Origin: Dimorphilus gyrociliatus
Lineage: Eukaryota; Animalia; Annelida
Assembly (NCBI GenBank): GCA_904063045.1
Contig: CAJFCJ010000006.1
Span: 5,224,408-5,288,407 of the forward strand
Reading direction: 5' to 3'
Length of the DNA stretch: 64,000 bases
The position numbers were made by a program, and so were the translations under genes. A model generated the notes under the pieces. That model searched no databases and had not been told where the DNA came from. It saw nothing but the letters and a program-made list of their open reading frames with translations. This document shows positions 37,394-51,600 of the stretch, piece by piece (positions within the stretch are counted from its first letter, which is position 1; each line of letters starts with the position of its first letter).

Positions 37394-39357
37394 ATGATGT
37401 CGGGAATTGAAGAAGTAATTCAATTGGTTATTATTCTGAAATGTTAAGGAATAACACTTTTTCAAATTTATTTAGAATGCCGATCCATCTTTGCCGGGAT
37501 ATGCGCGCTCGAACTCCTCCTTGAACAGTAGTGGAATACCACAGTTGCCTCCCGATTCTCCTGGTAGTTCGGTTTCTTCTCGTTTGCAAAACGAATATGA
37601 TCAATTATTGAAACTAGCAACTATATTACCTGAAGAAAAGGAACTTGCTATTGAAGAGGATCTCCGAAGTTTATCAACAATAGAACCCGCAATGTAAATC
37701 ACTATATATTTTATATTCTTAATTGAATATTGCAACCTAAAAATATTAGTACCTGTATATTACTTGCTTACTTAATTAGTTAACTGGAGATTGACACTAT
37801 ATTGTTTCAATTGATTGAACTTATCTAAGTTTCCTTTTTATTTATAGGTATGATCCTGAAGAGGAGCGTAATAATACTCTAACGCCTCGCTCCGATCGAC
37901 AAGAACAAGGAATAAACGTTCAAGTTATTAAGGAAAATGGAAATCACAGTCTCGATGTTCAAGTAGTCCGAGAATTTAATGACGTTGAAAAAGCAGATTC
38001 AATTGCCAATTCTCTGGGATCAGATCCCCTGTTAACAAGAAAATTTTCCCTCCCAGCAGTTGGAGATTCAAAATCTGAATCTGATACATCTTCTATCCGC
38101 AGTGCATTAGCTGCTGCTTCTTATAAACCGTCCATCGATGCTGATATGTCGAGAATAGAAACACTATTGGATTCTTGGTTATACGATGTTAAAAAAAATG
38201 TTCTCGACGAATGTAGCCAATTAAAATTACGAATGCTCGAAAGAGAGAGAGACGAAATATTAAAAGAAAAGAAAAAGTATATATAGAAATCTACTTTACC
38301 TTATAAAACATTCTTTATTCTTTTTCTATAAATTTTTAGAACAACTGAAGAATTATTGGAATATCAAAAACAAATAGATAGCTTAAAAGAAGTCCTTAAC
38401 TCCTATGAACAGACATGCCATAAGAAAGACACAATTATCAATAATCTATCAAAATCTCTTCAAGTAAAGATTCATATATATCAATTTATTATTTATTTAT
38501 CTGTTCAACTTTTTATTTTTAAAGAAATCGAAAGACAAAATGGAAACTTTAAAAACTTTTTGTGAATGGCGACTAAATCACGCAGATTCTGCAAGAGAAA
38601 AGTTTTGTACTAAGATGGCTGCTAAGCAGCATGATATTTCTGTGAAAAAGACTGTTTTCTTTGCTTGGAAAAGTATTGTACAAACTAGTTGGAAAGTTCG
38701 CGCCGAAAAGGCTTGTCAAGCGAAAGCTGAGGAAATATGTAGGAAATTATCCGATGACTATGAAACCAAAATATCTAAGGTTTTTATTGAAAACTACGAA
38801 ATGTGTAGCTTTTTTCTAATTTTTAAATAACTTTGCAGTTAAATGGTGAATTGGAGGATGCTCGAACTGTTATTGCTAAGCTACACGGTGAAAGAGAACG
38901 ATACGAAGATTCCATGAAAAAGGCTTTCATGAGAGGCGTTTCCGCTCTCAATACAGAAGCAATGGCTATATTTAATGGTGACGAAGAAGAAAAGCCCCAA
39001 CGGTCGTTGGATGTAGCGGAAACTGATGAACCAGAAAGAATAAATGTTCCCATACCTACTCATAGCCAAACCGACCCTCTGAAAGCTAGAGCAGCGTTAG
39101 TAGCAAAAAAATCCACAAAACCTCGTTCTTTTGGTCCAAAATCTGAATTAAAGAATGCTTGTGCTCAAGGAGCGGTACATACTCTTCGACCTCCAGTAAG
39201 TTCAATAGTAGTTGAACGCCATCAACCAGTCGTAAAAGAGACGGTTGGACAAGCAACGGCTATGTGTTATCCAGCTAAGAAGACGAATAATATGAAAACA
39301 AATCAAAAGAAGGGTCAATCAACGATTGTCAGGCACGTTCTTCATCAAGCTCATTAA
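37394..39357 (+). CDS. POC5: Centrosomal protein POC5 (multi-exon)
   Basis: PDSPGSSVSSRLQNEYDQLL, coiled coils, FCEWR...VFFAWKSIVQ (Sfi1-like centrin-binding repeats) and YEDSMKKAFMRGVSALNTEAMAIF. Confidence 0.88.
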
Positions 39358-40372
39358 AAGGAAAAGAGTGCCTAAATTCTTCAAAGACTTTGTGATATGT
39401 TATTTTTTTTCCCTCCGCGAAAGATAGTTTTTAACGAAAACTGTTTGATAGTTTTTATTTTATTCTTTAATACACAACTATATTTCTCTTGTAACCTTGA
39501 AATTTGGGACTATTCGATATATTCATATTCTTGTATATATTCCATAAACACTAATAATACAGTACAGGTACCCTATTTTTAGCCACTTGTTTTTTTTTTT
39601 TTCCAAAAATGAATTTTTCTTTTTTTTGGCCTAAACAAGATGTTTTAAAGAGAAGTTAAAATAAGGACAACTCATCTATCTTTAAGTGAGATTTATAAAA
39701 TCTTTGTTTATCACAATAGAAATAAGAAAATTATTGATTTATGCAAACATTGACTAAATTGGTTAATTAAGTAAAAGTAGTAAGTGATAAATATTCAAGA
39801 ATAATTTTCACAAATTATCTAATACTGTTACAAAATGACTTTCATTTTTACCATTCGCAACTTCATTATTCTTATTTTAAAAAATATAGAAAAATCGATT
39901 TTAACACCTCATTGATGAAAAGATATATTTTTCTTATCAAGTTTGTATTAAATACAGCTTTTATAATTCTCAAGTAAGGATAGATAATTTGTCTTCATTT
40001 TAATTTCTGGTAAAAACATCTTGCTTAGGCCAAAGTTGAAAAAAAATTTAATTTTCAAAAAAAAAAATGGTGGCCAAAAATAGGGTATCGGTACTGTATA
40101 TTAGTGTAATACTAAAACAAATAATATATATCTTCCTCATTTAATTTTTTTGAATAACTAATATTGTAAAGCCGTTGTTGATTGGTTACTAATAATTGAT
40201 CAGGCGTGTTTCGTGCTTGGTTGTGGTATATTCTACCCTATTTTCCTCTTGGATTGTATGCCTCATCAGTCAGCCTCTTATTAAGTACTCTTTTTCTTAT
40301 AATCTTAATCTTACTATAAGAAGTTTGTGTTATACTCGACATTTATCTTCTTGGCTAAGTATAACAAACTGA

Positions 40373-43300
40373 ATGGATTACATAAAAACACCTCGTTTAG
40401 CATCTCAAAGCAGGAGGAAACTAATGGAATCTGATGAACTTGCTCAAAACATGTCACACTTGAACAATGGTTTTGAAATGAGAGAATCAGCTTTAGAGCC
40501 AATTCAACACAGATCGAAGAAAAAGAAAAAAAAATCTAAAAAAAGACCGTCTTTCTCGGATACCTATACTATGGACGATGTTTATAATAGGCGTCCATCG
40601 GTTGCCAGTAACGGCGATTCAACAGTGACACCTAGCGACGACGTCTACTCTAAGAATTTAGAAAGAAGCCGTATGGATAAGCAGAGGTTAGAGGAAGAGG
40701 ACGATACATCTAGCAGGAAGGAAGAAGAGAAACATTCACAATTCGAGGTAAGAATCGGTTGCTAAGCGTTGAATAATCTAAAATAAACTATTCGCGAGTT
40801 TATGTTCAGTTGCCTAGTTCAATAAAAGATATTGATTGATGCTTGTCGTCACTTTTCATAGAACTATTCCTTTTTCCGTTTTTAGCCAGTGTCTAATAAC
40901 TCCAGCATAAGAAATTGAAATAAAGCTTTATAATCTTTAATAGTATCAATAAATCGTGAGAAAATGGAAAAAACATGCGAAAAACTACATAAATTAAACA
41001 TGTATTTATATTTATATTAACTGCGTCATATTCATCCAGTCTCTTATTGTTTTCCCTAACTTTAGTCAGTTCGAAAATATAGATTTCTTTAAGGCCTATT
41101 AATAACAGATATAATCTTTATCAACTATTTATATTATAAAGGAGAGAAATTGATAATATATATATATATATATATATATATTTGATGCAGAGAGATGTCT
41201 CAAGATTCGTCCGACAGTATATTAAGCACAAGGAATGTGATGTATATATAAAACATAAAAAATTCGAGTAAGTAGTGTATTTATTGATTTGATACATTAA
41301 TTATAACCTTTTGAAACGTAATTAATAACAGAAATGTTTGTCAATGTAATCGACCAAAAGCTTGGCATGATAAAAAGGGTCTTCGGGAGGAAGAAGCAGG
41401 TGAAAAATGGAATACCGATATTCATAGTAGAGAAATTAAAGCAACTTGCTACGGAACTGTACAATTTAGGGGTTTTGGTCAAGAAGCGACGGCGCCCGCT
41501 CCCTATGTAAGAGTAGCTAATAATTGTGATATGGATATTATGTGGAAACTATTGCATGAACATTGGGGATTAAAAGCTCCAAAATTACTCATTTCTGTTA
41601 CTGGAGGTGCCAAGAGATTTTTTATGAAACCTAGATTAAAAAATAATTTTAAGAGGGGCCTTGTAAATGCTGCTACTTCAACGGGAGCATGGATAATTAC
41701 GGGTGGAACGGGAGCGGGAGTAATGAAGTTTGTTGGTGAAGCTGTTCGAGAATATACTATGTCCTCTGCTAATTTGGAAAATAGTATTGTTGCTTTGGGT
41801 ATTGCCACATGGGGTATTGTCGATAATAAGGAAGCTCTTGAATCTCGGTCTCTTAATAAAGGTGCTGACGATGGATGCTTTCCGGCAGAATATAATATTG
41901 AAGGATTAGATTATGATAAAAAGGGAGTGTCACCAATTGATCATAATCATACACATTTCATTCTTGTTGACGATGGTAAAGTTAAATCATTCGGTGCCGA
42001 GATATCTTTACGTTGTGATCTTGAAAGACACATAAGCTTGAAAATAGAAACTGGAATAGCTAGACAGCAAAGTGTAAATGTACCAGTTGTATTACTTGTT
42101 CTAGAAGGAGGTGTAAATACTTTAGAAACTGCAGCAGTTGCAATCGCCAACAAAACTCCAGTTGTGGTTATTCAGGGTTCAGGACGAGCAGCAGATTTTA
42201 TAGCATATGCCTATCGTATTACTAAAGTCCCAGGTAAGGAAGATGAAAGTAATTTTCCATCAACTTTCAACGAAGAGCTTCGAAAACGAGCAAGCGAAAT
42301 GTTTGATTGGGGAAGGGAAATATGCCAACAAGATATAGATGATAAAATAGAACAATGTATTGTAAATATAAAAGCAATAATTGACCAGAGAACGTTAGTG
42401 ACCGTTTTCCAATTGGACGATGCTGAATCAACCAAAGAAATTGATCAAGCCATACTGTATGCTCTACTGAAGGCTAATAAATCTCATCCCCAATCTCAGT
42501 TAAACTTGGCTCTTGCATGGAATAGATGTGATGTTGCAAGAGCTGAAATTTTCACTATGGAAAATTCTAAGAGATGGCAAAACTTAGGCCTAAATGATGC
42601 AATGTTTACAGCCTTAATGCAAGATAGATCTGATTTTGTTCAACTCTTTCTTGATAATGGTGTAGATTTGAGAAAATTTCTTACTATTTTCCGTCTAAGA
42701 GAGTTATATGATAATATCTTACACAGTAAACCGGGTGCGGCAAGTGCTGATCTTTTAAGAAATCTTTTACAAACAGCTCAACAAAAATGGGGAATTGGAT
42801 GCTGCTCACCAAAAGAGTTACGAGATGATTTACCTGAATTGTTACAACATGTTGGTGAAGTGTTTGCAATTCTTCTTAAAGAGTCTAAAAACCTGTACAA
42901 TACGGATAGATACATTGTTCCTAAAGAAAGCAAGATGAACGCTAGTCAAACTTTTGTGGTTACCGATAAGAGCGGTGTTGTAGAAAACGCTGAAAGAGAA
43001 TTGTTCTTGTGGGCGGTAGCGTTAAATCGGCGCACACTAGCTCTCCTATTTTGGAGAATAGGTAGGGATCATATTGGAGCTGCTTTAACAGCGGCATCTA
43101 TTTTAAAGAGTCTTTCCGAAGAAGCAAATAAAGAAGAGGAATTGGATTTGTCAACTGATCTTATGAACCATGCTGCTGAATGGGAAGCGAGAGCAGTTGG
43201 TACTTTAAACGAATGTTACAATAGAAACAAGCGCTATGCTCATTTAGTACTAGTCAGAGAACTAACGGACTGGGGTAATTCAACGGTCCTTTCTTTGGCT

Positions 43301-45488
43301 GATTCAGCCGAATTAATGGATCTTATGGGTCATTCGTGCTGTCAGACAAAGCTCAATAGAATTTGGAAGGGAAAAATGGCATTATATACTTCCGAATGGA
43401 AAATATGGTTGACCCTTGTTTTTCAATTTCTGATTCCTTTTTTGATTAAATTTACCAACGAAAATTCAACTTCAAACAAAGTATCACCGGAAACGGAAGA
43501 AGACGACGAACAACCGTCGAATAAAAACTTTACTACAAAGTTATATTCAGTTAATTTACTCGGGAGCGGTCACCAAAATATCAGCCTACTCAATGCAATT
43601 AAGTACTTTAATACAGCTCCTGTAACCAAATTTTGGTTCCATACAGTAAATATTAATTAAATAGGTGAAATGTTCTTTTTAACAAACCTTAATCTATTTT
43701 TCAAATAGCTTTCTTATATAATATTTTTGGGATTCTTCTCATTTTTTATACTGACCGACCTTCAACCTTGGACGTCTGCAAAAAGACCAAGTTCATACGA
43801 ATTTCTTATTTGGGGTTGGGCAGCGACATTGTTCTTAGAAGAATTCCGACAAGTGAGTATTATCATAACAAATAGATATTTATTATAAGTAAACTAAAAT
43901 GGTTTTTATTTTTAAAAATCATTTATTTCTACCTTTATTTTATCTTTTCATTTATTTTATCTCTTCGTTAACTAGTCCCAACTAATGAGAGGGGTAAGAT
44001 TATATAATTTTCTTTTGTGCAATCTTTTTTTTCCCATGTTTTAATTGATCAATCCTGTTATTAATATAATCACCAAAAACAAAAAAAAAGAACAAAAAAA
44101 AAGAACATAATTTGCATATTTCGTATTAAAAAAAAAAGACAACATAATTTTCTGATTTAGTTATAAAAATTCTTTTTTTATTATTTGTTTTTTTAAAAAA
44201 AAAGTTGATTTATTTCTCTTTATACTTTATTCACTTGCAAAATTTTATTTCCTAAAATCTTAGATGGGGAACAGAGATGCGTCGTCGGCATTACACAGAC
44301 TTCGATCCTATATCACAAATGTTTGGAATCAATTTGACCAAGTTGCCTATATTTTACTGATAATTTCAGTCATTTTGAGAAGTGCTGTACCGTCCGATAA
44401 ATTTATGTGGGCCAGAATATTCTATTGTTTGACACTGGCAACATTTTTCTTAAGATTTATGCATGTTTTCTTTGTCAACAAAAATATTGGTCCTAAAGTT
44501 ATAATGATCCGAAGAATGCTTACCGATTTATTATTCTTTGTTGCCATATTGATAGTTTTCATATTAGCTTATGGAGTGGCGAGTCACGCCCTCCGCTTTC
44601 CTAATGCACCGGTTAGTTGGCGTCTATTAAAAGACGTTGTCTATCTTCCGTATTGGCAAATGTACGGTGAACTATTTCTCGAAAACGTCGAAGGAAATGT
44701 TGACAATTGTAATTCTACTGCTGGAAGTAGCGATTCTTGTCCCAGGAAATCTTGGCTGGCAATTGTTCTATTCGCTATTTATATGATTATAACCAATGTT
44801 CTCTTGCTAAATCTCCTTATTGCCATGTTCTCGTATACTTTTGAAAAAGTACAAGAAAACTCTGAAAAAGTATGGAGATACTATAGATACAATCTTATTT
44901 ATGAGTACTTTGATAGACCAACCCTTGCACCTCCCTTAATAATTTTATCCCACATTTGGCGTGTGATTAAATATTGTAATCGGAAGGTTAGACAACGGAA
45001 GAAAACCGATCATGATTTCCGGAGAATTTTATCAATTGAAGATAATAATAAAATGTCTGCGTTTGAAAGAGCTTGTATGGAGAATTACTTACTATTGTCA
45101 AATAAACTAAATCGTGAACAAATTCATGCTAAAGTCACAACAGCTGGAGAGAAAATTGAAAAGGTTATTGAAGAACTTGAACAAATTAAAGAGTCTGTTC
45201 AAACGAAAAGTACTTTCGATACTCCTGAAGTTAATATTTCAGAATCAGTTTCGAGAGCACCTGCTCCAAATTCTTTAGAAGTATCTGGATCATCAAGGTA
45301 TCAATATCATCAATATGTACTAATAATTAATCTTAAGACGTTTCTTTCTTACGATTTTCAGATACAATCCGAAAGAAGATATCCGTATTTTAAATAGTAA
45401 AATATCAGATTTAAAACAGAATATGGATGATCAAGAGAAGAAATTTGATAAGATAATGAATATGTTAGGAAAACTTTCACGACAATAG
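40373..45488 (+). CDS. TRPM-family cation channel without a C-terminal enzyme domain (multi-exon)
   Basis: MHR motifs (PKLLISVTGGAK, GAWIITGG, DHNHTHFILVD, LALAWNRCDVA, ELFLWAV), S1-S6, pore PYWQMYGELF, NVLLLNLLIAMFS and TRP box WRYYRY...PPL. After the intron at 45299-45361 the last exon is a short coiled coil ending KLSRQ*. Confidence 0.93.
41156..41181. repeat. (TA)n microsatellite in the first TRPM intron
   Basis: About 13 perfect TA units just upstream of the acceptor. Similar shorter TA runs lie at about 15128-15168, 29376-29392 and 36568-36590. Confidence 0.8.
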
Positions 45489-45666
45489 AAACTATTTAAC
45501 AAAGAATCTATCAGATAACCATAAACTATATTACTTTTATAAGAAAGTAATTAAAGATAACGTACATTTTTACAATAATTAGACATATTTTAGTTGATAC
45601 AATAAAAAAACTGAATGCTTTTAGAAAATATTAAATTTCTTTCTACAATTTCTAATCCTGCAGTTG

Positions 45667-48600
45667 TTATTTAGCGAAAGTGTTCTGTAATTTATCGTGT
45701 TCTGTTAGGTTAAGCTTTCTATTCTCTCGTGTTTTCCTGCTGCAACTATCTTCATATATCTGAAAATGTTCAAGATATGGGCATAACAATTCAACACAGC
45801 CACGAAAGATTAACTCTTGTTTATGTTGCGATTTTAGTTGAGAACATTTTTCCACAAAACTCCTCAGAATATCTTCCTTTTTTTTATTAAAATCGGGGGA
45901 TCTAAAGTCCAAATACTTCAAGTGTGCATACAAATTTTCCAAAGACTTGCAGATAGAGCGAAATCTTTTTGTACTAAAAGAACCCTCTCTTAGACTTAAC
46001 TTTTCAATATCAAATGATGATTTAAACAATATCTTCAAAGAATCAACATTGTCATCATCTAAATTGCAATCTGAAAGATCAATTTCCCTCAAAGCTATTC
46101 CGCTTTCTTTCAAACTTTTTGCAAAAACCTTCATAATTCTGCTCAAGTTGTTATTTCCCTCAAGATTCAGAGACTCCAAATTTGAGATTGTCGAAAAGCG
46201 CTCACATAATGCATTTAGCTTTCCGGTTGAGAGATCACAGAAAGATAAACTGAGTTTTTTGAGGTTATGATTCAATCCAAGTAAAATTTTCTTAAAGCCA
46301 GACGACATATTTTTATTATTACTCAGGTCTAAAACCTCCAAATTCACACACTGCTTTACACAATCAGCCAATTGTATAGCCTGTGTCATTCGTAAGTCAC
46401 ATGATGACAAATCAATGTTGATAACTAATTGAAATGAGATATGCGTATGTAAATTTTCATAGCTCACAGTTGATGTATCTTTATTCCTAATAAAGATAAT
46501 TTCTCGTAGATTTACAAATTTCTTCTTTGAAACATTCTGCATAGAATTTTCAATTTCCAGATATTGTAGAGTTTTATTAGATTCTTTTAGTAGATCTATA
46601 GGACTTTCCAATTCGTTTCCTTTCAATTTTAACGATTCTAAAGTATTACAGTTTGTTAAACTTAGCTGTAAGTGAATTTCTTCAATCTTTTGTATACGGC
46701 AATAAGATAAATTCAAATTTTTTAAAGTTTTGTTGAAAGATTTTATCGATTGTAATATTAAACGTACTGTATCCTTCATTGAAGGATTACCACTAACATC
46801 TAATGATTCCAGGTTTTGGCAGGTATTTAACAGTACCACCAAAGTTGCTATTTGTCCCTCACTTAAACTGCAATTTGATACATTCAGATTTTGTAGTGTT
46901 GAGGAAGATTCTTTTAGGGCATTAAATATATCATTCAATCCATCCAACATATCAGTATTATAGTTGAGCTTTACTGATCTTAAATTGCAACATCTCTTTA
47001 AGCCCTTAGCTAACGATTCGGCTGAACTTTTTGATAAGAAGCAGTTTGACAAGGCCAGATTCTGTAGAGAATTACTAGATAATTCTATCATCTCTTGCCA
47101 ATTTAAGATCTCTTTTGTAGTATATACGCAACAACTGAAGTCTATAGTTGTAAGATTACTACATTTTCCCAATACTGTTTCAAGTGGTTGTTGTTGTTGG
47201 CTTTTTATTGAATTAAGTGAAATATCAATAATCTTTAGAGTTCGAACGATGTAGTCTAATCCTCTGATAAGATAATTTATATTCAAGCTATTCAAGCTGC
47301 CTCTAAGTAAAAGTACTTCAATAGTCGGAGACTGTGAAAGGTAACTCTCAAGGCTTTTAATTTGATTCAAACTTAACTTGCAAAATGAAAGATTTAAATA
47401 CACTAGTGTTTTACTTAATATTAATAGTAGTTCCTCTAATGAGTCTTGCATATTTGGGTTTTCTGTAAGATTAATAGTTTTCAGGTTTGTACATATATCC
47501 AGAAATTCCTTCAGAGATGCAGCCTGATCTCTAGACAAGTTACAGGATGAAAAGTTCAAATGTTCAACACTTTTTCCTGAATTCCTCATGGCCAAAGCGA
47601 TTGATTTAAAACCTTGCTTCATCTTTGTGTTAAGGCTAAGATTTAAAGAGTTAAGGTTTGAACACTTTTTTATACAATTCGCAAGACATTCGGCTTGATC
47701 TTCTCTCAAATTACAAGAAGAAAAGTTTATATCTTTAAGGGTATTACATGACTTTTCAAATGATTTAATAATTTCATTAAGACCAACACCCATTTTGGAG
47801 TTTCCACTAAAATTAACAGATTCAAGACACAAGAATTCTTTCAATTCTCCCGATAACTCTTGAGCTTGCTCTATTGTGAGATTGCAGAACGAGATATTTA
47901 AAAATTTCAATTTACTACTGGAATTTTTCAAACCAAGATTCAGGGGATTGTTCCATATTTTATTGCCTTCTAAAGAAAATGCTTCGAGCGTAAATTTTTC
48001 TAGGTGGACTCCTATATCTTTTAAATTAGCTCTGGTCAAATTACAATATGACAAGTTAATTCTTTTGATATTTAATTGAGAGTTTACTAATATTAAACTC
48101 TTCATTAGCGTAGCTATATTGTTGCCCATATGCGGATTGTCTTTCAAGTTAATGTCTATGAGTTTTGTGGATGAATTTAGCTTTTCCATCTTTTCTTCTG
48201 TTAAGGAACAAGATGAAAAGTTCAAACTTCTGAGGATATTATCTGTTTTCGTAATAGCTAAGAAGAATAAAGCAAATCCTCTATCTATATATTTATTTCC
48301 ACTAAGGTCAATCGAGTCCAATTTCAAAGCATGATTTAGATACTCAGCAATGTGTATAGCTTCATTCACACCCAAGTCACAATAAGATAGATCAATGCTG
48401 CGGATAGATCCTGAAGATTTCTCTCTAGTCTTGTCTATAGCTCCAAATACATCACTACAAAATTTATTGCCTCGTAGTATTAATGTTTCAAGGAATACAG
48501 TTTTTTGCAGAAGTTGTCCCAAAGCACTTGAACTAGTAGGAGTAAAATTACATAATGCAAAGTTAAGATATTTCAATGATTGAGATGAATTCCCCAGAGA

Positions 48601-51600
48601 CAAAATTATCTGATCCACTTCACTGTTCATATTTCTATTATAGCTTAGATCAACCCGTTCCAAGAATTTACAATCTTTAAAGCAAGTTGAAAGAAAACAT
48701 GCTTGATTCTTGCTGAGACAACAAGAAGAAAAATTGACATCCTTTAGAGTTGACTTTAATTTCGCTAGTGAAGTTGTTAACTTTTCAAATGCTTGTCCCA
48801 TGTTTTTATTTTTCTTTAAATTGATAACCTCAAGCCTAGAGCAATTTGCCAAAGCCATCGAAAGTAATTCCGTTTGAGATTCACTGAGACTGCTGTCACA
48901 TAAGTTCAGTATTCTAAGAGAATGTGATAAGTTAAGAAGTGAATGGAGCATAGGATTTTGCTCACTAAACATTAGTTTGTTATCCGATAGGTCTAGAGAT
49001 TCGATTTGATAACATTTCTGTAACCATTTTTCAAACTGCTCGCCACTTTCTCTTAAATTACAATAAGGAAAATGCACGTGTCTTAACCTATATTGTAATT
49101 TGATTAGAGCTTCAACAATGAATCTAAATCCCTTTTGTGTAAAATTGTTCCAGCCTAAATGTATTGACTTTAAATTTTGGCATTCTTCCAATAGAGATGC
49201 AAGTTCTAGTTGCTGATTTATAGATAACTTGCAGCGTGAAAAATCTAGGAATTTTAGTTTCTCTTTTGAAAACTTCAGCGCAACCATTATGTTCTCAAAT
49301 TTAGGATTAGTATTTCCGTCCAGACGTAGGCTCTCAATGTTAGAACATTCTCTTAAAAGTTCGACCAAAAATTCTCCATCTTTTTCATTCATAGCACAGA
49401 AAGATAAATACAGGTGAGATAGAAAATCCGAAGAATTTCTCAGCTTTAAAAATATTCCTTTAAATTTACTTGAAATTCTGACATTATGACTTAAATCGAG
49501 TTTTCTCATGAATGCGCATTTATCTAACAAGTCTTCTAAGTGATATATGTGTTCTGCAGTCAAGCAACAGTTAGACAACCCAATTTCTTTAAGAGTTCCA
49601 GAAGAGTTCTCTAGTCCAGTAAATATATCGAAAAGTCCTTCGCCCAAGTCTCCATTATGACCAATATTTAAAACTTCAATCAGAGGGAATTTTCTCAAAG
49701 ATTTTCCAAGTACACGGGCCTCTTCTTCTGACAGGTTGAAATGGGAAAAATCCAAATGTTTAATATGTTTCGACCAGTCCTGACTACAAGATGAGTAACG
49801 TACTGTATTATTTAAGTACAACAGCTGTTGCATAATATCCTTAGATTTGTTACCTAACATATTAAAACTTAGATTAAGCGATTCCAAATTGCGACAATCG
49901 GATAAAAGTTTAGAAATTTCCCCGTTATGAACATTTGTCAAATTGCAGTGAGATAGATTTAAATGTCTTAAGTTTCTAGCAGATGGTTTCAGAGCTGAGC
50001 TAAACCGGATATAACTTCCAAATAGACAATTGTAACTAAGATTTATGTTTTCTAAATTTTTAAACTTAGACAAACTTGCTATTACACATGGTTCTATTTC
50101 ACAGTGAGAAAGATTTAAATGCTTTATTGAATCGGGATTTAAGTTTTCCAATGCTTTATCTACTATTTTCGGATTTTTTGAGATATTTAAAGACTCTAAG
50201 TAAGTGCATATTTTTAGGGGCCAACTAATCAGCTCCGAGAATTCCTGAAATATTCTGCAGTTAGAGATATCTAAATGCTTAAGAGAACGATAGGAACATT
50301 GCACAAGTTTAGGAAACAGCTCAGAAATCTCAGAATATGATTTTTCTGAAAGATTCAAACATTCTATTCCAGAATTCATATCAGGTTCAATCTGTTTTTG
50401 AAGGTGTAAAATTGAAACAATATTAGAGAGGTGAAAATTCTTAAATCTTAGCTTCTTATCTTCAACAGCATGAATTAAAAGTGAGAGAATTCTACTTTCC
50501 TGAGATGTAATCGTTTGCCAACTTAATGGAAAGTAGTCCATTATACTTATATCATCATCAATAGCATTTAAAAGAAAAAGTTGATGATTACATTGATCTA
50601 TAAATAGATCGATTGAATTGTAGCTTGTACTTTCGTTCTCAAGTTCATTTTGAGGTAAATGAGGCGAGACAAAGGAGCAAACGTTTTTGATGAAATCCTC
50701 GTTTAATTCCTCAATCAATGAATTCCTAATACAGCAAACTTGCAAGTTAAATTGACCACTTTTAATAAAATGGAAAAATGCAATTTCCTGCTCACGTCCA
50801 AATAGTTTGTTTTCCAAAACTAGATATTCTATACTTTTATACTTTTCAATGAATTTGAAAAAAGAATCAAATTTGAAAAATGATCTACACCTATCTCTTA
50901 CACTTTTTATATAACTTGATCCATCGGTTAATTTAATACAGATAATCCGAGGATTTTCTTCTTGGTAGACATGAACTTCCTCAATACATTTCCACCTCTT
51001 TTGAACGGAATGTCTACTGTTGAAGTCTATCTTAAATAATCTATCGGACCACTTGATTGTTTTTAAATTGGTTGAACTTTTTAGTGAGAAAATGGTACTG
51101 AGAAATGAATCACCATCGTAGACACATTGGAGTGGGCATTGAACAGTATAATTTATATTTTCTAATGTCGGACAATTTTCTTTTAATTTATGCAAAAGCG
51201 TCATATCAGTATTCAAGAAATTAACTTTCGTTATTGTATCGCCAATATTCTCAAGTAATATCGAACTAAACATATCATGATCATTTCCAAAACCCTTTGG
51301 GTTCTGAGCTATTGGAAAGGATAATTCCTTAGTTTCACTCATTATTTCATGAATCCTTTCATTGAATTCAAATATGCATTGGAATTTACTTGGTACCTTA
51401 AAGATATCCGTATACATGTGTCTATCATAATCCTTAATCAATTCCAATATATAGTATTTTATCTTTGAGCTAGTAAAATCCCTAAGAAACTTTTCAGCGA
51501 AAGCTTTTTGGTTGCGTGAATTTCTGCAGTTCCTAATATGTCTAATAGCATGCTTGGCAGCGAAAAACGTTTGAAATGATGGATGATGAAATCGAATTAT

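Noticed and set aside
45361-45397. TRPM C-terminus as given by the ORF track (…IQSERRYPYFK*)
   Set aside because: This comes from intron read-through. A phase-2 intron at 45299-45361 gives a better coiled-coil terminal exon ending at 45488.
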